The notes under the pieces: generated by a model
What the model was told of the DNA's origin: nothing
Database searches by the model: none
What the model saw: the letters and a program-made list of their open reading frames with translations, nothing else
Made by a program: the position numbers and the translations under genes
In this document: one piece after another, positions 23,312-35,753 of the stretch
Layout: each line of letters begins with the position of its first letter
How positions within the stretch are numbered: the first letter of the stretch is position 1
Assembly: GCF_004010195.1 (NCBI RefSeq)
Contig: NC_057718.1
Span: 6,499,611-6,539,904 of the forward strand
DNA: 40,294 nt
DNA from: Chiloscyllium plagiosum
Lineage: Eukaryota
Direction: 5' to 3'

Positions 23312-23559
23312 TGTTGGACAAGATTGACACCCATGTGCCAAACAGTAAGTGCTACATCTCTGAATCACAGGCTGACAGATTCCACAGCTCATAGCAAATA
23401 GGTCACTTGGCCACAGCGTTCCATTCTATGTGCCTCAGTATTCCAGAATATGTGCATCTCATATGCACCCCCTCATCTAACTTCATTTAACCCTAAATAG
23501 ACTAAATATCTCTCCTCCATTTAACTAGCTTCCTTTTATCATTCATTTAATTACTCCTT

Positions 23560-24260
23560 AGTCATAAAGTCACATAACTTCACAGCATCAAACAGAACCT
23601 TCAGTCCAACTTGTCCATGCTGACCAGATATTCTAAATTAATCTAGTCCCATTTGACAGCACTTGGTCTATATCCCTCTAAACCCTTCCTATCCATATAC
23701 CCATCCAGATGCCTTTTAAATGCTGTAATTGTACCAGCTTCCATGCTCCAAGGCAAATAGCCCCAGCCTATTCATCTCTCCCTATCGCTCAAATCTTCCA
23801 CCCCGGCAACAACCTTGTGAATCATTTCTGAACCCTTTCAGGTTTCACAGCATCCTTCTGCTAGCAGGGAGACCAGAATTGCATGCAGTATTCCAAAAGT
23901 GACCTAATCAACAGAGACACATGAGAATTCCTAGAAGCATGGCATTCCATTGGAACTCTATCAACAAACACATTGACTTGAATCCCATTTACCACCCCCT
24001 GAGAAAAAGAACAGGAAATGACGTCACCACAGGAAATAATGCCACCAACCCAAGGAAACCTAAACACATAAATAGAAAGTAGGCCAAACCAACAGTGCTT
24101 CATCTGGAGGCTCACTGAAAATGTTATCTAGTATGGTGACGAAACATCTGAAAATGAACCTTCCAGCTCAGCGAGCAAACCTACATCTTGACCTAACCAA
24201 TGTCCTGTCCAGCCACAACAAGACCTCCCAACGTCTACACTCAATGACCAAAGCAAGTAT
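23560..24260 (-). mobile_element. HER1/CR1 3' fragment containing a PLE insert
   Basis: HER1 tail and LLEYCMQFWSPC; the CR1 resumes after 24188. Confidence 0.85.
23908..24188 (+). mobile_element. Penelope/Poseidon-type PLE terminal fragment (family D) with 8-bp TSD
   Basis: EFLEAWHS...SINKHIDLNPIYHPLRK C-terminus; degenerate hammerhead CTGAAAA-T-GTTATC-tagtat-GGTGAC-GAAAC-ATC (24115-24148); TGACCTAA at 23900-23907 and 24189-24196. Confidence 0.8.
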
Positions 24261-24944
24261 TGGATTTATTCCTGTCTTGTATTCATGCCTTTGAATCCTG
24301 GAATCCTCCATTTGTAAAAATATCTTTTTCTGCGTTTACCTTCTCAAACACATTCACAGTTTCAAGGAAGTTCAACTCAAACTAGTTGTATACAGAAATT
24401 GATTTAGTAGACCTATCAAACACTAGAAAAATAGTCACTTTGCTTAGACTTTGGGGAGCTCTTTTAAAAAAAAACTATCACAGTTTGTAGTCCAAATTAG
24501 CTTCACTGCATCTCTGGAACTTTAGAAGTTGACGAAACTGGAGGACCAGTGTGAAAATAAAAAGACATTACAATCGCCGACTGAAACATCTTGAGTACAG
24601 AAGCTGGTTTAATATTGGCCACTGTTCCATCTCCTCAAATTAAAAACACATGGAGCAATTAAGAACAAAGTAGGGATTTCAAAGGCGATTGAATGCATTA
24701 CATTCCCCGGCACAGAATGTACTTTTTCCATAAAGATTAATGGCAATTATAAACATGAGGTATTGTACTTGGAGCATGGGACGGTAACAATGATGAGGAA
24801 AGTAAGTCTCATACTACGACTCTATCCATAGTTATGGTATGACTGAAATAGTGGTCATTATTTTTGGTGGTTAAAAAATGAAGCAGATTTGCATTTATAT
24901 GGCATCGCTGGCTTGAAACTAATACAATTTTTTTGAAATGTAAC

Positions 24945-25410
24945 AAGAACTTAGGAACTGGGTGCAGGAGTAGGCCTTCTGGCCCCTTGAGCCTGCTTCG
25001 CCATTCAATAAGATCATGGCTGATCTTTTCATGGACTCAGCTCCACTGACCCACGCTCTCACCATATCCTTTACTTCCTTTATTGTTCAAAACAAATCTA
25101 CCTCAGCTTTAAAAGCTTTCGCTGAAATAGTGTCAACTACATCACTGGGCACAGAATTCCACAGATTTACATCCCTCTGGGTAAAGATGTTCCTTCATAA
25201 TTCAGGCTAAATCTGAGCTCCCTAATTTTCAGGTTATGCCCTCTTGTCCTTGTTTCACCTGCCAGTGGAAACATCCTCTCGACTTCTATCTTATCTATTC
25301 CCTTCATAATTTTATATGTTTCTAAAAGATCCCCCCTCATCCTTCTAAATTTCAATGAATATAATCCCAGTCTATTCATTCTCTCCTCATAAGCCAATCC
25401 CCTGAACTGT
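24945..25410 (-). mobile_element. CR1 3' fragment
   Basis: YEERMNRLGLYSLKFRRMRGDLLETYKIM. Confidence 0.88.
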
Positions 25411-26978
25411 GTAATCACTGTTACAGAGAACATAGACCGTTACAGCGCAGTACAGGCCCTTCAGTCCTTGATGCCGCACCGACCTGTGAAATTAATCTGA
25501 TCCCTGTCTAACCTGCATCGTTCCATTATGATCCATATGTATATCCAATGGCATTTAAATGCCTTTAACATCGGCGAGTGTACAGCTATTGCAGGCAGGC
25601 CGTTCCACACCTCTACTACTCTCTGAGTCAAGAAGCTACCTCTGACATCTGTCCTAAGTCTATCACCCTTCAATTTAAAACTATGTCCCCTCATTTTAGG
25701 CTTCACCATCTGAGGAAAAAGATGATCTACCCTATCTAACCTTCTTATTATCTTATACATCTTGATCTAGTCACCTCTCAACTTCCTTCTCTGCAGTGAA
25801 AACAGCCTCAGTTCCCTCAGCCTTTCCTCATAAGTCCTCCTTCCTTACCAGACAACATCCTAGTAAATGTGATGACCAGTCTGAACGCAATACTCCAGGT
25901 GTGGCCTTACCAGTGTCTTGTACAGCTGAAGCATGACCTTGTGGATCCGAAACTTAATCCCTCTACCAATGAACACCAACATACTATATGCCTTCTTAAC
26001 AAACCTATCAACCTGGGTGGCAACTTTCAGGAATTTATGTACCTGGACACCGAGATCTCTCTGTTTATCTACACTGCCAAGAATTTTACCATTAGCTCAA
26101 TACTTTGCATTCCTGTTACTTCTTCCGAAGTGAACTACCTCACACTTTTTCACATTAAACTCCATTTGCCACTTCTCAGCCTAGCTCTGCATCTTATCTA
26201 TGTACCTTTGTAACCCATAACATCCTTCAACACTATCCACAACTCTGTCGACCTTAGTGTCATCCGCAAATTTACTAACCTATCCTTCTACGCCCACATC
26301 CAAATCATTTATAAAAATGACAAACAGCAGTGGCCCCAGAACAGATCCTTGTAGCACACCACTGGTAACTGAGCCCCAGGATGAACATTTCCCATCAACC
26401 ACTGCCCTCTGTCTTCTTTCACCTAGCCAATTTCTAATCCAAACCGCTAAATCACCTTCAATCCGAAACTCCATATTTTGTGCAATAGCCTATCATGTGG
26501 AACCTTATCAAACGCCTTACTGAAGTCCATATATGTTACATCAACCATTTTACCTTCATCCACCTGTTTTGTCACCTTCTTGAAGAACTCAATAAGGTTA
26601 GTGAGGCATGACCTACCCTTCACAAAACCGTGTTGACTATCCCTAATGAAATTTTTTCTTTCCAGATGATTATAAATCCTATCTCTTATAACCTTTTCCA
26701 ACACCTTACCCACAAGCAAAGCAAGGCTCACTGGTCTATAATTACCAGGGTTGTCGCGGCTCCCATTCTTGAACAAGGGAACAACATTTGCCATCCTCCA
26801 GCCTTCTGGCACTACTCCTGTTGACAAGATGACATAAAGATCAAAGCTAAAGGCTTTACAATCTCCTCCCCGGATTCCTAGAGAATCTGAGGAAAAATTC
26901 CATCCAGCCCAGGGGTTTTACCTATTTTCAGATTTTCCAAAATTCTAAAACCTCCTCTTAGTCAACCTCAATCCCATG

Positions 26979-27935
26979 GAACATAGAACAACACAGCACA
27001 GAACAGGCCCTTCGGCCCACGAACCTTTGTGCCGAACATTTGTCCTAGCTTAAGCACCTATCCATGTACCTATCCAATTGCCACTTAAAGGTCACCAATG
27101 ATTCTGACTCTGCCACTCCCATAGGCAGCGCATTCCATGCCCCCACCACTCTCTGGGTAAAGAACCACCCCTGACATCCCCCCTATACCTTCCACCCTTC
27201 ACCTTAAATTTATGTCCCCTTGTAACACTCTGTCTTACCAACATCACTTCACGCCTCTTGAATTCAATCCCTCTGCTAATAAACGCTAATACACCATAGG
27301 CCTTCTTACAAGCTCTATCCACCTGAGTGGCAACTTTCAAAGAGCTATGAACATAGACCCCAAGATCCCTCTGCTCCTCCATCTTACTAAGAACCCTACC
27401 ATTAACCCTGTATTCTGTATTCTTATTTGTCCTTCCAAGATGGACAACCTCACACTTGATAGGGTTGAACTCCATCGGCCACTCCTCAGCCCAGCTCTGC
27501 ATCATATCTAAGTCCCTTTGCAGGCGACAACAGCCCTCCTCACTATCCACAACTCCACCAATCTTTGTATCGTCTGCAAATTTACTGACCCATCCTTCGA
27601 CTCCCTCTTCCAAGTCATTAATAAAAATTACAAACAGTAGAGGACCCAGAACTGGTCCTGGGATCCCAGAACTGATCCCTGCGGAACTGATCCCTGCGGA
27701 ACTCCACTTGTAACTGGGCTCCAAGCTGAATATTTATCATCTACCACCACTCTCTGACTTCAACCGATTAGCCAGTTCTCGATCCAACTGGCCAACTTCC
27801 TACTATCCCATGCCTCCTGACTTTCCGCATAAGCCTACCATGGAGAACCTTATCAAATGCCTTACTAAAATCCATATACACTACATCCACTGGTCTACCC
27901 TCATCCACATGCTTGGTCACCTCCTCAAATAATTC
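26979..27935 (-). mobile_element. Second CR1 subfamily copy nested in the above
   Basis: Has its own 3' tail at 26979 and KFADDTKIGG; flanked by TCAATCCCAT (26968-26977) and TCAATCCAT (27934-27942). Confidence 0.85.
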
Positions 27936-28310
27936 AATCCATCTAATCTTGGAGCCTGTACCTCTGTATTTTCACTAACATTGCCCTTTTCCAATACGAA
28001 TACTGATGAAAAGCATTCATTAAGTGTTTCCCCTATGTCCTCAGATTCCATGCACAACTTCCTACTGCCATCTTTGATTACCACTTATCTTACACCAGTC
28101 ATTCTTTTACTCCTGACATACCTTTGGAAGGCTTTAGGGTTTTCCTTGATCCTATCCGCCAACAACTTCTCATGTCCCCTCCTGGCTCTTCTTAGTCCTA
28201 TTTTAGATCTTTTCTGGCTAACTTATAACTCTCAAGACCCCAACTGAAACTTCATGCCTCATCCTCACATAAGCCTTCTTCCTTCTCTTAACAAAAGTTT
28301 CAACTTCTTT

Positions 28311-28417
28311 GGGAGAAAGTGAGGACTGCAGATGCTGGAGACCAGAGTTGAAAAGATTCTCCTGCTCCTCGGATGCTGCCTGGCCTGCTGCGCTTTTCCA
28401 GCACCACACTTTTCAAC
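28311..28417. mobile_element. PLE family A inverted mini-insert with 13-bp TSD
   Basis: TTTCAACTTCTTT at 28298-28310 and 28418-28430; orientation switches at ~28355. Confidence 0.85.
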
Positions 28418-28477
28418 TTTCAACTTCTTTAGTAAACCATTGGAAAAGTAGGGAATTTGTAAAGTAGGAAACAAGAC

Positions 28478-28594
28478 GGGCTCATGCCTGAAATGTCGAT
28501 TCTCCTGCTCCTTGGATGCTGCCTGACCTGCTGCGCTTTTCCAGCAACACATTTTCAGCTCTGATCTCCAGCATCTGCGGTCCTCACTTTCTCC
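28478..28594 (+). mobile_element. PLE family A terminal insert with 13-bp TSD, inside a decayed DeuSINE-like tract (~28455-28810)
   Basis: TAGGAAACAAGAC at 28465-28477 and 28595-28607; the insert begins within hammerhead stem II. Confidence 0.85.
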
Positions 28595-29231
28595 TAGGAA
28601 ACAAGACAGCCAATTTCCATGTAGTAAACCCTTACGATAATCTGCTTGGAGATGTTAATTGAGAGATAGCTAGGCACAGGAAATTTGAGAACTGCACTTC
28701 TCTTTATCAAAGTTTTGCCCTTGTATATTTTATATCCATCTATGGGAGCAGAAAGGGTTTTATTTAAGCTTACACTATTCAGACCCAGCTTTCAACATAT
28801 TGGCACTTAACGACATGAGAATGCAGTTTTAAAGGTAGCGGTGAAAAACGTAAATGAGATCTGTGAGGAGACTTTCCAAAAACTGGTTCTAACGTGGAAT
28901 ATGCTGCCTGGGTGTGTGGTAAAGGCCGGTTCAATTGAGAGGGCAGTGAGGTGATTATTTAAATAGAAACAATGTGCGAGATCATGAGGAAAAGGTGGGT
29001 GATTAGCATAAAGTCTGTGATGATCATTTGAGGATCTAGTGCAGTCACAATGGGTTTAATGAAACAGAAACTAGGAGCAATAATAGGCCATTCAGTCCCT
29101 CGAGCCCCCTGCTAAGCCATTCAATGTGATGATGGCTGATCCTCTATCCCAAAACCGTATTCCCACTCTTCATAGTCCTTGACTTCTTTTAATATTAAAA
29201 AAAAACTTAATCAATCTCTTTCTTGGGCAGT

Positions 29232-29450
29232 CATGATGTGGAGGGGCTGGAGTTGGACTGGGGTGGACAAAGTCAGAATTCACACCACAACAAGTTATAG
29301 ACCAACAGGTTTATTGAAAATCGCAAGTTTTCAGAGTGCTGCTCCTCCATCAGGTGAAATTTACTTCATCTGATGAAAGAGCAGTGCTCTGAAAGCTTGC
29401 GATTTTAAATAAACCTGCTGCCCTATCACCTGGTTTTGTGTGACTTCTGA
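29232..29450. mobile_element. PLE-derived fold-back (family B variant)
   Basis: Inverted arms around 29355-29367; the left arm carries the tail. Confidence 0.8.
29366..29401 (+). ncRNA. Minimal hammerhead ribozyme core
   Basis: CTGATGA-A-AGAG-cagtg-CTCT-GAAA-GCTT; stem II is fully paired. Confidence 0.6.
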
Positions 29451-30499
29451 GCTTCTTGGATAAACACAGTGACCCGGCTTCACAGGTTTCCATGGTAATA
29501 AATTTTTCAGTTTGGCCACCCTCAATGAAGGCATGTTCCTTCATCATAGTCTGAAATGGCTTAGTCTGTATGATGCACTGTAAATCCATGATGGCGATTA
29601 TTCATGATCAAAGATAATTATCCCCATCTCCCAAGGGCAAATGTTTTCTCTCAAGATCATCCTTTCGGGATTTAGCCCTTCTCCCGCCTTGTCCCCCCAT
29701 CACAGTAATCGATTCTCAGTAACAGACCATATTTCCAATGAACCCTGAGCCTGCCCCCCTGAGAGGAAGGTCTAGAACTTGGAATTATGGGTACTTTTAA
29801 CTAACCTATTCAGAAATGGTTGGGTGCACCTCTGGAGCAGAATGGACTAGAAACCGGGCCTCCTGGTTCAGAGTTGGGGCCACCAAAAGAGCCCTCAAAC
29901 TGATGACTTTAGTCTTAGGATATTACTATTTCAGACAGAGGTGAGGAGGGATTTCTTCAATCAGAGATTTGTGCATTTTTAGAATCCACAACCTCAGAGG
30001 ACTGTGAACTCTCAGTCACTGAAAACTGAGATGGATGATTCGGGACATTGAGGCAATGGAGTCGTGATTCTGTGAAACAGTGGTGTTGAAATAGAGGATC
30101 AGCCATGAATAAATTTATTCAGCATTTTCAAAAGGAAGCATCGCTTATTCTTGATCCTATTTACGATGAACTCAAAGAACATCCACTTCAAGAATGAAGC
30201 ACAGTAATGTATCAGTGGATCTCTGGGTTCCAGGTAATCCATAATGAAGAGCAGGCACAGTTTCCAGTCTGGCCTCCTGTCTGCTCAAAGGTATTGAGCA
30301 GCGCATTCTGTTAAGCAAAAAAGACGAACTTACAAGTAGGATTATTACACAGAAGCAGGAAATAAAACAAATGGGTATTAATCATTTGTGTGTGATTAAG
30401 TTAGTTAGACTAGCCACCCAATGTTATGTCCAAATCAAAATGAAGTCTGGAGATCAAACTATAATAGTGCACCTCGATTCCTCCAGCCCCCTGGTTCCT

Positions 30500-30710
30500 G
30501 TTTTCTTCAACAGACTCGAAGAACTATACCTGACTCCCTCTTGAAAATATTTAATGTTTTTGCAGAGAATTCCACAGGCTCCCCACTCTCTGGGTGAAGA
30601 AATTGTTCCTCATCTCAGTCCTAAATGGCCTACCTTGTATTCATAGACTGTGACGTCTGGTTCGGACTCCCCAGTCTTCAGGAACGTCTTTCCTATGTTA
30701 ACTCTGTACA
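30500..30710 (-). mobile_element. CR1 3' fragment
   Basis: GAATTCCACAGG...CTCTCTGGGTGAAGAAATT...CTCAGTCCTAAATGG. Confidence 0.7.
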
Positions 30711-30725
30711 GTCATAGAGTCATAG

Positions 30726-32297
30726 AATTGAATTGAATTGATTTGAATTGATTGTCACGTGTACCGCGGCACAGGGGAAAGCTTTGTCTTGCGAGCAATA
30801 CAGGCAGATCACACAGTTAAGTAGCGTAGATAAATAAATAATAGGCAAACAGCGGCAAAAACAAAAACACAGGTACAGGTGAATGTTAAGAGTTGTCCGG
30901 GCCAAGTTCACTACTCTCCATAACCATCTCCGATCTTGAATGGTACAGTTGCCACGCCAGGTAGAGATGCATCCAGACAAATTGCTCTTGATGGTGCACC
31001 TATAAAGGTTGTCAAGGGTATTCGCCGTCATGCCAAATTTCCTCAGCTGCCGGAGGAAATAGAGACATTGTTGGGCCTTTGTAACCAGTGCGTCCACATG
31101 AAGAGTCCAAGAAAGCTTGTTGTGGATGACCACTCCCAGGGGCTTGACACTCCCCACTTGTTCCACCTCTGTGCTGTTAATGTGTAGGGGGGCATGAGTA
31201 ACATCCTGCCAAAAGTTAATACTGAGTTCCTTAGTTTTGCCAGCAATGAGAGTTAGGTTGTTCTCAGTGAACCATTTTTCCAGGTCTTCCACATCCCATC
31301 TGCAGTCTGTTTCGTTGCCATCTGAGATTGGACCGACTATGATGGTGTCATCAGCGAACTTGTAAATGGCATTAGTCTGGTATTTGGCAATGCAGTCATG
31401 GGTATACAGTGGGTGCAGTCGGGGGCTGAGTACGCACCCCTGGGTGGCTCCAGTGTTGAGTGTTAGTGAGGATGAAATATTGTCCCCAATCTTCACTGAT
31501 TGTGGCCTGTGGGTCAGGAAACTGAGGATCCAGTTGCAGAGAGTGGGGCTTAGTCCGCGATCGCTAAGTTTACTAATCAGTCTCGAGGGGATAATAGTGT
31601 TGAAGGCTGAACTGTAGACAACGAGTAGGATTCTTACGTAGCTGTCCTTGGTGTCAAGATGTTCTAGGGAGGAGTGAAGGGCAAGTGATATGGCATCTGA
31701 TGTGGATCTGTTGGTCCAATAGGCACTTTGGAGTGGGTCAAGAGTAGTGGGGAGGCTGGAGTTGATTAATGCCATGATCAGCCTTTCAAAGCACTTCATG
31801 ACCACTGAAGTTAGGCCCACTGGGCGGTAGTCATTGGGACACGCTGCGTGAGACTTCTTAGGCACAGGGATGATGTTGGCCCTCTTGGAACAGGCAGGGA
31901 CAGTGGCCTGCTGCAGGGAGAGGTTGAAGATGTCCGAGAAGACCTCTGCCAGTTGATCTGCACATGCTCTGAGTGCACGGCCTGGTACTCTGTCTGGTCC
32001 CATTGCTTTCCTTGGATTCACACGAAGGAAAACTGATCTGACTCTGATGCAGTGACTGTTGGGATAGGTTCGTCAGGACTTGTTGGAATTGATGTTACCT
32101 CTCCGCCGAAATTCTGCTAAAAGCGAGCATAGAAGGCATTGAGACGATCTGGGAGAGATGTGTCATAGTCTGCTATCTTGCACTGTCTCTTTTTCAAACC
32201 TGTGATGTCATTCAGTCCTTGCCATAGTCGCCAGGTATCTGTCTGGGTCTCCAGTTTGGATCGGTATTGCTCCTTGGCTGTCTTAATGGCTCTGCGA
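30726..32297 (-). mobile_element. Rex1/Babar-clade non-LTR retrotransposon, 5'-truncated (RT ORF 30720-32021)
   Basis: [52 protein letters not shown] and [14 protein letters not shown]; (TTCAA)n-like tail. Confidence 0.92.
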
Positions 32298-32635
32298 AGC
32301 TGTACAGCATGGAACCAAACCCTTCAGTCCAACCCATCTATGCTGACCAAATATCCTAAATTAATCTAGCCCCATTTGCCAACATTTGGCCCATATCCCT
32401 CTCAACCCTTCCTATTCATTCAGTTGCCTTTTAAGTATTGTAATTGTGTCAGCCTCCACCACATTCTCTGGTAGCTCGTTCCATACACGCATCACCCTCT
32501 GCGTGAAAAAATTGCCCCTCTAGGTCCCTTTTAAATCTTCTCTCTCTCACCTTGAACCTATGCCCTCTAGTTCTGGATTCCCCCAACCCAGGGAAACGAC
32601 CTTGTCTATTTACCCTATCCATGCCCCTAATGATC
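32298..32635 (-). mobile_element. HER1/CR1 3' fragment whose tail (30711-30725) was displaced by the Rex1 insertion
   Basis: GTCATAGAGTCATAG joined to AGCTGTACAGCATGG reconstitutes the HER1 end seen at 22346. Confidence 0.85.
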
Positions 32636-32679
32636 TTTTAGTCCTGTCTGATTAGAATTTTATAGGTTGCTAGGAGACT

Positions 32680-33100
32680 ATCCTGCACCTTCCTCATTCT
32701 TCCAAATGCCAGTGAGTTTAACTCTAATTGATCTAATCTCTCGAGGTACATCAGTCCCACAAGCATAGGAGTCAATTTGGTAAATCTTCATTGCACTCCC
32801 TCTGTACACAGAACATCCAAATTCAGATATAGAGACCATATCTGTCCAAGATTCCAGGTGTGGTCTCACCAATCCACTCAGTATTTTGCCTTCTTCACCT
32901 TCTGCTGCACCTGCAAGGTTGACCTTGAGGAACTGGTTTAAAAGGGCACCCAGATCCGGTTGCACATCCCCCTTTCCCAAACCCTTGCTACTCAGATAAT
33001 AATCTGCCCTCCTGTTTTTGTTGTCAAAGCAATGACTTTACATTTATCCACATTATACCATATCTGCCATGCATTTGCCCACTCACTCAGCTTTGTCCAA
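32680..33100 (-). mobile_element. Old CR1 fragment
   Basis: LSEWANAWQIWYNVDKCKVI and LVRPHLES. Confidence 0.75.
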
Positions 33101-33324
33101 ATTGAAGTCAACTTAAAAGAGTTAGGAAGGGTCCCCAGGTTGGGATGTAATCGCAAGGCCTTGCATAGAAAGCCTGGCATTAGTCCTGCAGGGAATTGGC
33201 CCAGAAGGCTTATTAATATCTGTGCCCTGGAGGAAACTGGACTGGGAGGATACCATGATCAAATGTCTTGGAAGACGACAGAGGTCCTAAGGACAGCCCA
33301 AGCTTGTGGGGGAGACAAGAGATT

Positions 33325-34420
33325 TTTGTGGAGACTTCGGGAAACTTGGACACATAACACAGAAAGCTGGCAAACAAATGGAACAGATAATCAGGAAAGT
33401 AAATAGAATGTTGGCCCTTATTTCAAGGGGGTTGGAGTGTAAGAGTAGGGAAGTCTTACTGCAACTGTCCAAGGTGCGGGGGAGACCACATCAGGAGTAC
33501 TGTGGGCAGTTTTGGTCCCTTTATTAAAGAAAGTATATTATTTTATTGGAGGCAGTTCAGAGGAGATTTACTAGGATGATCCCTGGGATGGAGAGATTGT
33601 CTTATAAGAAAAGGCTAAATAGGTTGGGACTTTAGTTGGAAGAAGTTTAGAAGACTGAGAGGTGATCTCATTGAAACATATCGATTCTTAAGAGGTTTGA
33701 ATAGGTCAATTCTGAGAGGATGTTTCCCCTCGTGGGAGAGTCTAGGACCAGAGGGTGTTACACTGTACTTCAGTAGACTTGGCGATACATAAATCAATCA
33801 AAAGTCTCAGAATAAAGGGGCACTAATTTAATACTGAATTAAGAGGAATTTGTTTTCCAGAGGGTTGTGGGTCTTTGGAACTCCTTGCTACAGCGAGCTG
33901 TGGGGGCAGAATCCTTTGTACATTTAGAATTAGACTCTCTACAATGTGGAAACAGGTCCTTCAGCCCAACAAGTCCTCTGAAGAGTAACCCACCCAGACC
34001 CATTACCCTACATTTTCCCCTGACGTATGCACCTCACCTACACATCCCTGAACACTATGGGGCAATTTAGCTTGACCAATTCACCTAACCTGCACATCTT
34101 TGGATTGTGGGAGGAAACCGGAGCAAACCTACACAGATACGGGGAGAATATGCAAACTCCATATCAACAGTCGCCCGAGGCTGGAATCGAACGGGGTCCC
34201 GGCTCTGTGAGGCAGCAGTGCTAACCACTGAGCTTGCCATGCTACCCTATTTAAGGGCTGAGAGAGATAGATTCTTGATCAGTCAGGGAATCGAGGGTTA
34301 CAGAGAATGAGCAGGAAAGTGGACGCGAGGAATGTTGGAGCAGCCACGATCCTATTGAATGGCAGAGCAAGCTCGAGGGGCTGAACGGCCTACTCATGCT
34401 CCTGTTTCTTCCGGTCTTAA
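33325..34420 (+). mobile_element. CR1 3' portion interrupted by a SINE
   Basis: RPHQEYCGQFWS; 3'UTR at 34226-34420. Confidence 0.85.
33926..34225 (-). mobile_element. HE1-like V-SINE
   Basis: Homologous to 11667-11982. Confidence 0.85.
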
Positions 34421-34793
34421 AAATGGATGTCAAGGTCAACTTGAAAATCAAAGTCCTTCCTTGTGAGTGCCTGGTTGCTGCTGCAGATCCTGGGTTGGCA
34501 GTAAGGAGTAAATTCACAGTGGAACTGCGGGAAAAGCTGCAGCCTCTCCTGACTGTACAAGAGACCATTAAAATAATATGAGCATTCCTTTCTGGGCCTC
34601 CCTCCAGCCAACCATTTACCTCCTTGGTTGATTGCCAAGTCCAGACTGCATGGAGCCATTCATGCTTTGAGAAAGAAAAAAACTCAAATTCCTGGAGGAA
34701 ACATGACAGGCAGGAGGCCAACCCTTTGCACATGCAAAGAGCATCATGTCTGTTCAAACAGGCTCTCCGAATTCCCATCTTCAGGCTGCTACC

Positions 34794-35025
34794 TGAAATA
34801 ACTCCACAGAGGCCAGTATCTTAGCACCCAGTCACCATTTATTTACACTTGCAGAGTCCTTGACTCCAATCCAGCTCCTTCAGAGCCAGCTCTCAGAGTG
34901 AACAGAACCCATGACACTCCTGCTTTTATCTGTCAGCCAGGGCTCCCTGGTTGGACCAACTTAACAGCCCCAATCAGGGAACTCATATTCTATAGGATCC
35001 ACCTGAGCTCGTTATAATCAGTACA
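34794..35025 (-). mobile_element. Solo LTR (Gypsy family of 38727)
   Basis: Minus strand runs TGTA...GTTATTTCA and contains AATAAA; aligns by eye with 38727-38944. Confidence 0.8.
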
Positions 35026-35753
35026 CTAAACAGTTGGCAGGTTGAAGGAGCATTCTAGGGCAAAAGGACTGTGTGCACCTACGCGTCAAACTGGGCCTTT
35101 TGGTGCCTGTCTGTGCCTGATGCAACATACATCTCAGTTAATGTATACATTCATCTCCCGCAAGGGATGTTACGTTTTCCCGCGATGCAATGGGGTTTGT
35201 TTCAACTTTGGGAAATGAGGGACAATGACCCATCTTGAGTTATTGCCCAACCATAAGTCACATCCAAATCTACTCTCTGTGGAAATACATAGGACATGAA
35301 CATAGGAGCAGGAAGAGGTCATTCAGCCCTTTGAGCCTGCTCCCCCATTCAAGGCTGAGCATTCACTTCAGTATCCTCTTCCTGCTTTGTTCCCGTAGCC
35401 TTTGATCTCTTTAAAACGGAGATGGGAAGTACAGTGGTTATAGACAGAAATGGTAGGAAAGTACATTGCAGTGAATGACTCATTCAATGTTGCCATTTTA
35501 ACAGCATTATTCAAAGTTAAAGTGGCTTCTTTGGTTTCCGAATGAAAGCAGCTCTTCTATCAATGAAGGAAACTACCAGAAGAGATGATTTTGCAATGCA
35601 GTTGGATTAGGAAATTCAGCGCTGAGAGGGAATTCCTTTGAAGGTGAGCAGCATCTAAAGCTTATACCTAGTTGACATTTCTCTGTCTTCTGTTCTGCAG
35701 AAAAGATAAAGAAACCTTCCTTTGGTAACAGAAAAAGACTTTGTTTATATCAC

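Larger units (their letters stand above)
25425..28440 (-). mobile_element. Long CR1 LINE (linker, RT, tail), degenerate, hosting nested inserts
   Basis: NPGNYRPVSL, QHGFVKGRSCLTNL, YMDFSKAFDKVPH and [10 protein letters not shown]; upstream linker sequence resumes at ~27940. Confidence 0.9.

Noticed and set aside
30720..32021. Domesticated or active RT gene
   Set aside because: It is 5'-truncated, a catalytic Asp is substituted, and the frame runs into the 3' tail.
32960..33406. 148-aa ORF
   Set aside because: It is a chimeric read-through of two oppositely oriented CR1 fragments.
34251..34778. 175-aa minus-strand ORF as a host gene
   Set aside because: No recognisable domain, and its 3' third is antisense CR1 UTR.
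34789..35030. 5-bp TSD around the solo LTR
   Set aside because: CTACC versus CTAAA matches at only 3 of 5 positions.
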